Origin: Planctomycetota bacterium
GTDB lineage: Bacteria > Planctomycetota > PLA2 > JAEUHO01
Direction: 5' to 3'
Assembly (NCBI GenBank): GCA_965223505.1
Contig: CBDCWP010000016.1
Coordinates: 1-20,091, forward strand
Length of the DNA: 20,091 nucleotides
The position numbers and the translations under genes were made by a program. The stretch's first letter is position 1, and each line of letters begins with the position of its first letter. This document shows, piece after piece, positions 1 to 7,789 of this stretch. Under the pieces are notes generated by a model that searched no databases, was not told the DNA's origin, and saw only the letters and a list, made by a program, of their open reading frames with translations.

Positions 1-447
1 CGCCTTCGAGCCCAGCGGGTCGGCACTGCCCGCGCCCACCAGCACGCCCGCCACGCCGAACGCCACCGCGACCCGAACGACCGCGCCGACGTTGCCGGGA
101 TCCTGCACGCCGTCGAACCAGAGCAGCAGTCCCGCCCGCGCACAAACGTCCTCGAGCGGCCGCGCGGTGTCGCGCACCAGCGCGAGCACGCCCTGCGGCG
201 TCACGGTGCCCGACAAGCGATCGAGCTCCTTGCCCGGCCCCTCGCCGAACACGACGTCCTCGCCGGCGGCGTCGCGAAAGAGCGAAACGGTCTCGTCGTC
301 GAGATCCGAGCGCAGCCACAGCTCCTTCACGACACCGATGCGTAGAGCGTCGAGCACGGCCTTGCGCCCCTCGAGGACCCGCAACGGCTCGTCGGAGCGC
401 CCCTTTGCGATGAGCTGAATGCGTTGGCGCTGGCGCTTGGAGAGCAT
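1..447 (-). CDS. TrmH/SpoU-family RNA 2'-O-methyltransferase (3' end runs off the window)
   Basis: Manual translation from ATG at 447: MLSKRQRQRIQLIAKG...VLEGRKAVLDAL...LSGTVTPQGVLALV...LLWFDGVQDPGNVGAVVRVAVAFG...GSADPLGSKA. It has SpoU motif 1 (D.VQDPGN.G...R) and the substrate-binding 'TPQGV' motif. The start overlaps the upstream stop (TGATG). Not in the ORF track because it is truncated. Confidence 0.9.
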   Translation of the reverse strand, partial: MLSKRQRQRIQLIAKGRSDEPLRVLEGRKAVLDALRIGVVKELWLRSDLDDETVSLFRDAAGEDVVFGEGPGKELDRLSGTVTPQGVLALVRDTARPLEDVCARAGLLLWFDGVQDPGNVGAVVRVAVAFGVAGVLVGAGSADPLGSKA

Positions 448-1451
448 CAAGCCGTCGTACGCATCGCTTCGACGGCGGCCGTCATGTCCTGCGGCAGCGG
501 GCTCTCGATCGCGAGCGCGGCGCCGGTGATGGGGTGATCCAATTCGAGACGGTGCGCGTGCAGCGCGAGGCGGCTCAGGATCACCCGGTCTTCGGCGCGC
601 GGCGTCGTCGGATCGACCCGCCGACGGGTGAGCGGACGCACGTCGCCGTAGAGGTGGTCGGCCAGGATCGGGTGCCCGATGTGCGCGAGGTGCACGCGAA
701 TCTGATGCGTACGTCCGGTGTGCGGGCGGCACTCGACCAGCGTGTGCCGCGGGAAGCGCTCGATCACGCGCCAGCGGGTCTTCGACGCCAGTCCGTCGGG
801 ACGCACGCACTGGTGAAGCTCGGACTCGCCGTCGACCGCCGGTCCGAGCGGCGCTTCGATGACGCCGTCATCGTCGGCGACGGCGCCTTCGACGAGCGCG
901 AGGTAGGTCTTGCGCACCTTGCGCCGGGTGAACGCGTCCACGACGCGGGCGTCGACGTCACGGTTCTTGACGCAGAGCACGACGCCGCTGGTGTCGCGGT
1001 CGAGGCGGTGGCCGAGACGCGGCACGGTGTCCTCGTTGGGGTCTTCACTGCGGTAGCGCGCGTGCAACTTGTTGATCAGCGTGCCGTGGCGCGTGCGTCC
1101 GACGGGATGTGCGGCCATGCCGCTCGGCTTGTGGACCGCGACGAGGTGTTCGTCCTCGAACAGGATCTCGAGGTCGTCGGCGGTCTCCAGCTCGGGGGCA
1201 TTCGGATCGACGGGGATCTCGACGCGCACGATGTCGCCCTTGCGGACGCGGGTCGAGGGCTTGCCGGCGGCGCCGTTGACCTGCACTTCACCGCGCTTGA
1301 GCTTCTCGCGAAAGCGCGTGCGGCTGTGCCACGGGTAGTGCTCGCGCAGGAGCGTGTCGAGCCGGCGTCCTTCCTCCAGCGCTTCCACCGTGAAGGTGAA
1401 GGCGCGGATGGGCCGGGACAGATCCTGGTAGACGCGTTCGAGGGCGGGCAT
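447..1451 (-). CDS. RluA/RluD-family pseudouridine synthase with N-terminal S4 domain
   Basis: S4 region (RLDTLL...SRT...GEVQVNG...KPSTRVRKGD), motif I (VHKPSG), catalytic HRLDRDTSG, GRTHQIRVHL and LHAHRL. Start placed at MPALERV (ATG 1451); the longer 637-aa ORF extension is antisense-like, non-coding text. Confidence 0.95.
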   Translation of the reverse strand: MPALERVYQDLSRPIRAFTFTVEALEEGRRLDTLLREHYPWHSRTRFREKLKRGEVQVNGAAGKPSTRVRKGDIVRVEIPVDPNAPELETADDLEILFEDEHLVAVHKPSGMAAHPVGRTRHGTLINKLHARYRSEDPNEDTVPRLGHRLDRDTSGVVLCVKNRDVDARVVDAFTRRKVRKTYLALVEGAVADDDGVIEAPLGPAVDGESELHQCVRPDGLASKTRWRVIERFPRHTLVECRPHTGRTHQIRVHLAHIGHPILADHLYGDVRPLTRRRVDPTTPRAEDRVILSRLALHAHRLELDHPITGAALAIESPLPQDMTAAVEAMRTTA

Positions 1452-1537
1452 GACGCGGGCATTGTCGGGGGAACCGCGCGATACGCCAAACACACGGGTG
1501 CATGGAACGCCGATCCGGCTCTCTCGTAGGGGCAGCC

Positions 1538-2767
1538 CTACCGCTTTCGGACCCGCGGCATGCTCAAGTACAGAATCGGCATCGCCCCATCCGAGGTCGC
1601 ATACAACGGGATGTAGTCCGCGGACGTCCCGAGCCACGTGCACGTCGCATCCACCGGGATCCATCCCCGGTCGCCGACGCGCACCTCGGCCCAGACGTGC
1701 CCCGCGTTCAGCGGCGGCACCCAGCCCGCGACCTGGCGCGCGGGAATGCCCGCAGCGCGACACAGTGTGATCAACACGTCGCTCTTGTCCCAACACCGGC
1801 CGAATCCCTGCTGCAACACCTTCTTCACGCCGTGACGCGATCCCATCGGCCCGTCGTAGCGGATCTTCATCGAGAGAAACCGCAGGAAGCTCTGCACCTT
1901 GCCGCGCTCGTCCGTCACGCCCCGCGTCAACGACGCCGCGAGCACCTTGAGCTCGGGGTCCTTCGCGGGCCAGTAGTCCGTCGCCGCCGTGTCGTGCGGA
2001 TCCGTGGCGCGCGGAAAGGGCTCGAAGCGCGACTGCACCGTCGTGCGAGCGATGACCTTCACGTACGGGACATCGAGCCGCGTCGGAGGCGCCTCGAACC
2101 CGTACGTGGTGAACGCGCCGCGCCGCTTCGTCCCGGTCGACGCCGGCTCGAAGTCGAACGCCGACTCGAACCAGAGCGGCTCGCTCGTGAACAGGCGCGT
2201 CGTCGTGCCGAATCGCCAATCCTTCGTCATCTCCCGAATCTGCTTCGCGTGCGGGTCGTCCAACCCGTCCGGGTCGTACTTCAGGAAGTGGTTGAAGACG
2301 AGATTGGTCTCCATGTAGTCCAGCGCATCGACGCACCCGATGTCGGCGACGAATTCCCACTCGGCCTTGTCGTCCTGCGGGAGCGCAAAGGCTGCGAACA
2401 CGCGTTTCGCCACCAGGAGGTTGGTGCCGGGGACCTCGACGACCTGCTTCTCCTTGCGCGAGACGAAGCCCTTGCGCATCTCATCGAGCTTGCGGAGCAG
2501 CTTCTTTGCGTCGACCTCCGTCGCGCAGGTGATGACGTTCATGCGGGCGCTGAAGCCGTTGAGCGAGACGAAGCGGTTCGTCAAACGGTCGATCTCGACC
2601 CCGAACTTCTCGGCGATTGGCGCGAAGTTCGCGGCCGGCACCTCTTCCGTGCGGACCTGCGTCCAGCCCGACGGCAGCGGGGCCTTGGCGACGTCGTCGT
2701 CGTCCGCGGCCGCGGAGGCGGGTGCCAGCAGGGAAACGGCGAGACACAGGAGGATCCGGCGTTGCAT
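1538..2767 (-). CDS. Secreted transglutaminase-like (TGc) cysteine protease-fold protein
   Basis: Signal peptide MQRRILLCLAVSLLAPASAAA. C-terminal TGc motifs GRCWDKS...LCRAAGIPARQVAG...HVWAEV...WIPVDAT give an intact Cys-His-Asp triad. Start placed at ATG 2767. Confidence 0.88.
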   Translation of the reverse strand: MQRRILLCLAVSLLAPASAAADDDDVAKAPLPSGWTQVRTEEVPAANFAPIAEKFGVEIDRLTNRFVSLNGFSARMNVITCATEVDAKKLLRKLDEMRKGFVSRKEKQVVEVPGTNLLVAKRVFAAFALPQDDKAEWEFVADIGCVDALDYMETNLVFNHFLKYDPDGLDDPHAKQIREMTKDWRFGTTTRLFTSEPLWFESAFDFEPASTGTKRRGAFTTYGFEAPPTRLDVPYVKVIARTTVQSRFEPFPRATDPHDTAATDYWPAKDPELKVLAASLTRGVTDERGKVQSFLRFLSMKIRYDGPMGSRHGVKKVLQQGFGRCWDKSDVLITLCRAAGIPARQVAGWVPPLNAGHVWAEVRVGDRGWIPVDATCTWLGTSADYIPLYATSDGAMPILYLSMPRVRKR

Positions 2768-2820
2768 TTCCCTACCGTACCTCATGGAACGCCGTGCGAC
2801 CCGGCTTCGGCCGCCGTCCG

Positions 2821-3933
2821 CTACCCGTCGATCCCCCAGAACAGGGTGACGCCCAGCGCGCCGAACACCACCGTCGGCAACCACGCCAGCACGATGGGAT
2901 TCAGATCGCCCGCGCCCCCCATGCTGCTGCTCAGATAGCCCATGCCGAAGTACAGCGCGGTAACGCCGACCGCCGTCCCCATCGCCAAGACGCGCTTCGG
3001 GCCGACACGGATGCAGAACGGCAACGCCAGCAGCAACAGCACGACCGCCGATGCCGACGACGTGAACAGCTCCTGGTGCATCATCGTCAGGCGCGGGTTG
3101 CCGGGATTCGCGTCCACGAGCTCCTTGCTGTCCGAGAAGGAGAGCCCCAGCCCGCCCGAGCGCATCAGGGTGATGTCGAGCAGCGAGACCGACACGCTGA
3201 CGGGGGCGACGTAGCCGGGCTCGAGCCGCATGCGCTGCGTGCCCGGCGCGCCGCCGCCCTCGAGCTCGATTCGCTCCCCCCCGCCTTCGGCGATCCAGCG
3301 CTTTTTCTGCTCGTCCCACGACAGCTCGGGATACCAGTCGAAGGCCGTGAGCGCGCCGTCGTCGTCGAAGAACTGGATTTCGACCTGCTCGATCTTGCGG
3401 GCGATCGGCATGTAGGCCGCCATCGAGAGCCGGCCGCCGTCCACGTCGTGGAAGTGCGGCACCAGCGTGATCCGATCGGGCTCGTTGCGCGAGAGGATCC
3501 GACTCAGGGTCATGTGCCGGCGGCTCAGGTCGGGTACCACGTCCTCGCGCGCGAACACCATGAGTCCCGCAACGATCACGCTCGAGACCACGATCGGCGC
3601 GAGCACGCGCCGCATCGAAACCCCGGCCGTCAGCAGCGGCGCGATCTCGTTGTGCCGCAACAGGCGCGCGAGGCAGAACGCCGCGGCGACCGGCACGCAG
3701 AACGGAAGCAGCTGCAGCCAGATGAAGGGGATGAGCGTGGCGTAGAACTCGGCGATGGCCCAGAACGGGTCGTAGCCTGCGGCGACCAGCTGGTCCCAGA
3801 ACTTGTAGAGCCGCGGAAGTCGCTCCGCGAGATCGAGGACGACGCTGATCAGCGTGAGGAAGAGCACGACGGCGCCGAACGTCCCCCAGAACGCCTTGAG
3901 CATGTACCGATCGTGGCGGCGGACCAGCGTCAT
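2821..3933 (-). CDS. lptG: LptF/LptG-family LPS export permease (LptG position)
   Basis: MTLVRRHDRYMLKAF start, three N-terminal TMs, RHNEIAPLLTAGVSMRRV motif, periplasmic domain, three C-terminal TMs ending LNPIVLAWLPTVVF. ATGA overlap with the upstream paralog. Confidence 0.88.
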   Translation of the reverse strand: MTLVRRHDRYMLKAFWGTFGAVVLFLTLISVVLDLAERLPRLYKFWDQLVAAGYDPFWAIAEFYATLIPFIWLQLLPFCVPVAAAFCLARLLRHNEIAPLLTAGVSMRRVLAPIVVSSVIVAGLMVFAREDVVPDLSRRHMTLSRILSRNEPDRITLVPHFHDVDGGRLSMAAYMPIARKIEQVEIQFFDDDGALTAFDWYPELSWDEQKKRWIAEGGGERIELEGGGAPGTQRMRLEPGYVAPVSVSVSLLDITLMRSGGLGLSFSDSKELVDANPGNPRLTMMHQELFTSSASAVVLLLLALPFCIRVGPKRVLAMGTAVGVTALYFGMGYLSSSMGGAGDLNPIVLAWLPTVVFGALGVTLFWGIDG

Positions 3934-5060
3934 CGGCGCAATCCGATGGAGAGCAGCACCATCGCGCCCAGCGAGAGGACGATGTTCGGCGACCACATGG
4001 CGAGCCAGGGCGGCAGCGTCCCACTCGTCGCGAGCGGCGGTCCCATGAGCATGAGCGGCGCATAGACGACGATCGAAGGAATGAAGCAGAAGAGGAAGTC
4101 GCGGACGCGACGCCCCGTCGGAGGCAGCAGGAGCGCCATCCCGACCGCGAAGAGACCGAGGAAGAACGAAGCGCTCCCGAGCGCGAGCCGGCCGTGAAGT
4201 GCCACGCGCGCGTGCGCCACCGACCCGAGTCGAACACCGCCGCGCTCGGCGACGTAGAACAGCTCGTCGAGCATCATGTCCTTCGGCTTGTAGAAGAACC
4301 GATTCGTCGAGAAGAACTGGTTGAACGTGGTCGACGCGCCGATCTCTTCGACGCGCCCGACGGAGAACTCGCCGGTCGATCCCTCCGCGACCTCGAGGTC
4401 GCCGGAGCGCCAACGGAAGAAGTACGCGTCCTTGAGCGTGAAGATCAAGCCGACGCCTTCGGCCTCCCGAATCTGATCGAGCCCGAGGCGTCGCGCGACC
4501 GCCTTCTGCTCCGGCTTCCCGCCGCGGCCGCGGCGATCGAGGACGGCGCCGACGAACTCGTTCGTCTCGGCGTCGAACCGCTCCCACGAAAGCCGGCCGC
4601 GGTTCAGCGCGACGGACCGGTCGCTGCCCTTGAGCGACGCGAGAAACTTCGGCACGAAGTCCTTGATGCTGGAACGCACCTCGCGGTGCGCCTCCGGGAC
4701 GCGATACGAGTTGTAGAGCACACCGCCCAGTCCGAGCAGACAGCCGGCGGCGATGACGGGGACGGCGATCGTGCGCAGGTGAACGCCCGCGGCCTTCAAC
4801 GCGACGCACTCGTGATCGGAGACCCATCGACCGAGGGTGAGCGATACGGCCGCCAGCCACGCGAACGGCACCGAGTAGGTGAGCGCGATGGGAATGAGCT
4901 TCGGCATCAACGTGAGCATCAGCTCGGCGCCCAGCGCCTCGCCGCCGGTGGTCACGAAGCGGATCGTGAAACCGCCGAACACGGCGCCGGTCACCACGAA
5001 CGTGATGAGCAGGAAGCCGCCGATCAACTCCGCCAGCAACGCTCGTTGGATCTTCAGCAC
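3930..5060 (-). CDS. lptF: LptF/LptG-family LPS export permease (LptF position)
   Basis: GTG start; LGRWVSDHECVALKAAGVHL motif; C-terminal LPPWLAMWSPNIV; 3+3 TM layout; first gene of the tandem pair. Confidence 0.88.
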   Translation of the reverse strand: MLKIQRALLAELIGGFLLITFVVTGAVFGGFTIRFVTTGGEALGAELMLTLMPKLIPIALTYSVPFAWLAAVSLTLGRWVSDHECVALKAAGVHLRTIAVPVIAAGCLLGLGGVLYNSYRVPEAHREVRSSIKDFVPKFLASLKGSDRSVALNRGRLSWERFDAETNEFVGAVLDRRGRGGKPEQKAVARRLGLDQIREAEGVGLIFTLKDAYFFRWRSGDLEVAEGSTGEFSVGRVEEIGASTTFNQFFSTNRFFYKPKDMMLDELFYVAERGGVRLGSVAHARVALHGRLALGSASFFLGLFAVGMALLLPPTGRRVRDFLFCFIPSIVVYAPLMLMGPPLATSGTLPPWLAMWSPNIVLSLGAMVLLSIGLRR

Positions 5061-5184
5061 GTCCCGTCAAAGGTATCGGTTCACACGGCGCGGCGAAGCG
5101 TTCCAGCGCCGGCGCGGGCCGTCACGGACGCTTCCCGGCGCGGAAACGTGTCACGGCGGTGTGTTCGCGCGACAATGCCGGGCG

Positions 5185-6687
5185 ATGCGTTGGTGCGCCC
5201 CCCACTACGAGACGGCCTTCGAGCGGCTCGTGAACGGATTGCGAGACGCCACGTGGCCCGCGCCGCCGCCCGGCTTCGACGTCATCGGCAAGGTGCGGCC
5301 GATGCGAACGGTGCTGGCAGGCGAGATCGACGGTCCGAACGGCCGCGAGCGCGTCGTCGTCAAGTGGAGCCGGCCCGTGACGGCGACCGACCGCGTGTCG
5401 AAGCGCGTCCGCGGCGGCAAGGGTCCGCGCGAGGGCCGCGTCCTGCGCGCGCTCGCGTCTTCTGGCGTGCGCGCGCCGGTCGCACTGGCATTCGCCGACG
5501 ACGCCGTCGACTGCCTGATGGCGCGGCGGCTCGAACACGACGCCATGCCGCCGGCGGACACGGCGTGCGCGGCCGACATCGACGCCGTCGCGCGGCTGCT
5601 CGCGGACGCGCACGCGGCCGGCCTGCGGCATCGCGATCTGCACGCCGAGAATCTCGGCCGCACCCCGGACGGGCCGGCGCTGATCGATCTCGGCGGCGCC
5701 CGCATCAGCGACGCGCTCACCGAACGGCAGCGCATGACCGAGCTCGCCCGTCTGCGCCACGGCCTGCTCGGCCGCGCCCGCCGAACACAGCAGCTGCGCG
5801 CGTTGCGTGCGTACGCGGCGTGGCTCGGCGACGACGCCAGGGCCACCGCGCGCGCCCTCGCACCGCAGGTGGAGCGCCGCGCGCGCAAGATCGCGCGCAC
5901 CTACCGGCGCGGGCGAGACCGGCGGCCGACGCGTTCGGGACGGCACTACGAGCACTTCGAGACCGCGCAGGCGACCCGCGCCGTTCGTGATCGCGACGAG
6001 ACGAGCGCGGTTTGGAAACCGTGGATCGACGAGGTCCTGAAACAGGCGGCGAGCGGGGGGTGTCCTCATGGCGCGCCGCTCAAGGACGATGGCCGGGTTC
6101 AGCGTGTCGATCATCCCGAAGGGGCGGGCTTCGTCGTCGTGAAGGCGTACGCACCCGTGGCCCCGGGCCGGATGCCGCGCCCTCTGCGCGCGTTCTATCT
6201 CGCCACGGCGCTTCGCAACCGGCACGTCGACGTCGTGCGCCCGCTCGTTGCCGCGGCACGCGCGGACGGATCCGGCGTTCTCGTCTCCGAGCACGTCGAC
6301 GCGCCTGATCTCCATGCGCGAGCGCGCGACGGCGGCATCGACGAGGCGACCTCGGCGTCGATCGGCCGAGCCCTTCGGGCCATGCACGAGAGCGAGATGC
6401 GCCATCGCGACTTGAAGGCGCCGAACCTGTTGGCCGACGGATCGCGAATCGTGATCGCAGACGTGGACGGCGCGCGACGAACGAAACGCGAGGTGCGTTG
6501 GTCGCGACGCGCGCGTGATCTCGCGCGCTTGGACGCGAGCCTCGACGAGGCGCTGTGGGATCGCGACGCGATGTTCGCCGCGTACCTGTCGGCGCCGCCG
6601 CGTCCGCCGGTTGCGGAGGACGACTTCCGGGCGCTTGTGCGCCGGCACGTGCAGAAGAAGCGGGGCCCGAGCGGGACGCCGCGGTAG
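5185..6687 (+). CDS. Lipopolysaccharide kinase (Kdo/WaaP/InaA-like) family protein with two tandem kinase domains
   Basis: Domain 1: VVVKW...RE...L...GVRAPVALA...HRDLHAENL...LIDLG. Domain 2: VVVKAY...RAF...VVRPLVAA...LVSE...HRDLKAPNLL...IADVDG...RDLARL. Start placed at ATG 5185. Divergent from lptFG. Confidence 0.8.
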   Translation: MRWCAPHYETAFERLVNGLRDATWPAPPPGFDVIGKVRPMRTVLAGEIDGPNGRERVVVKWSRPVTATDRVSKRVRGGKGPREGRVLRALASSGVRAPVALAFADDAVDCLMARRLEHDAMPPADTACAADIDAVARLLADAHAAGLRHRDLHAENLGRTPDGPALIDLGGARISDALTERQRMTELARLRHGLLGRARRTQQLRALRAYAAWLGDDARATARALAPQVERRARKIARTYRRGRDRRPTRSGRHYEHFETAQATRAVRDRDETSAVWKPWIDEVLKQAASGGCPHGAPLKDDGRVQRVDHPEGAGFVVVKAYAPVAPGRMPRPLRAFYLATALRNRHVDVVRPLVAAARADGSGVLVSEHVDAPDLHARARDGGIDEATSASIGRALRAMHESEMRHRDLKAPNLLADGSRIVIADVDGARRTKREVRWSRRARDLARLDASLDEALWDRDAMFAAYLSAPPRPPVAEDDFRALVRRHVQKKRGPSGTPR

Positions 6688-6761
6688 TCGCCGGGCACGG
6701 ATTCGGGCGGGAGACGGGGTTCCGATTCGGCGTCGGGGTTCGATTGCGGGATACTCCACCC

Positions 6762-7676
6762 ATGGCACGCAAGTCGGTCGCAGTCATCTCCGTTCACATG
6801 GACCTCGGCGCGGGGCGCCGGGGCGTCGACATGGGACCGTCGGCGATCCGCCTCGCCGGCCTCGCTCCGGGGCTGGAGCAGGTCGGCTGGCGCGTGCAGG
6901 AACGCGGCTCCGTGATGGTGCGCGAGCCCGAGTTCGCCCGCCAGGGATCCGAGAACGCCCGGTACCTCAAGGAGGTGCTCGATGTGTGCGTTCGGCTGCG
7001 CGACGAGACGGAGGCCGCGCTGGAGAAGCGGTCGCTGCCCGTGATCCTCGGCGGCGATCACTCGATCGCCATGGGCAGCGTGTCCGGCGTCGCGCGGCAC
7101 TTCCGCAAGCGGAAGCGGGAAATCGGCATCATCTGGATCGACGCGCACACGGACATGAACCTGCCGGACACGAGTCCGAGCGGCAACATCCACGGGATGC
7201 CGCTGTCCCACTTGCTCGGGCACGGTCTGCCGGCGCTTCGAAAGCTCAGTGGAACGCGGGCCGCGGTGAAGCCGGAGAACGTGGCGTTGCTCGGCATCCG
7301 TTCCGTGGACCGCCGCGAGCGCCAGTTGGTTCGAAGCTCGGGCGTGCGGGCGTACACGATGAGCGAGATCGACGAGCGCGGCCTCGCGACGTGCATGCGC
7401 GAGGCGATCGGCCGCGTGACCGACGGGACGGCGGGATTCCATCTGTCGTTCGACCTCGACGGCGTCGACCCGCGTTACGCACCCGGCGTTGGCACCGCGG
7501 TGCCGGGCGGCCTCACCTATCGCGAGGCGCACCTGATCTGCGAAGCCGTTGCGCGGAGCAAGAAGCTGCTCTCGATGGACATGGTCGAGCTGAACCCGAC
7601 ACTCGACGAGCAGAACATCACGGGCAAGCTCGCGGTGGAGCTGATCCTCTCCGCGCTCGGGAAGACGATCTTGTAA
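6762..7676 (+). CDS. rocF: Arginase
   Basis: GAGRRGVDMGPSAIR, LGGDHSIAMG, WIDAHTDMN...SPSGNIHGMP, SFDLDGVDP, PGVGTAVPGG and ELNP: complete ureohydrolase Mn-binding motifs in their arginase form. Start placed at ATG 6762. Confidence 0.96.
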   Translation: MARKSVAVISVHMDLGAGRRGVDMGPSAIRLAGLAPGLEQVGWRVQERGSVMVREPEFARQGSENARYLKEVLDVCVRLRDETEAALEKRSLPVILGGDHSIAMGSVSGVARHFRKRKREIGIIWIDAHTDMNLPDTSPSGNIHGMPLSHLLGHGLPALRKLSGTRAAVKPENVALLGIRSVDRRERQLVRSSGVRAYTMSEIDERGLATCMREAIGRVTDGTAGFHLSFDLDGVDPRYAPGVGTAVPGGLTYREAHLICEAVARSKKLLSMDMVELNPTLDEQNITGKLAVELILSALGKTIL

Positions 7677-7710
7677 GGGCGAACCTGCACGACGTCCTGG
7701 ACCGGCCGGT

Positions 7711-7788
7711 GTAGGGGCGACCCTCGTGGTCGCCCAATTGGGCGTGTCTTGGCGTCCGCGGTTGGGCAGCCACAAGGGCTGCCCCTAC
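7711..7788. repeat. GTAG-family REP doublet (REPIN/BIME-like), inverted pair
   Basis: GTAGGGGCGACCCTCGTGGTCGCCC at 7711-7735 (+) and GTAGGGGCAGCCCTTGTGGCTGCCC at 7788-7764 (-). Each is a GTAG tetranucleotide followed by an imperfect hairpin. The pair lies between convergent stop codons. Confidence 0.85.
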
Positions 7789-7789
7789 A

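Noticed and set aside
1452..5184. N-terminal extensions in the ORF track that suggest fusions (637-aa RluD, 899-aa TGc, 749-aa LptG, 602-aa kinase)
   Set aside because: The extensions overlap neighbouring real genes in other frames. Family homology starts at the downstream starts used here, which also have overlap or -10 support.
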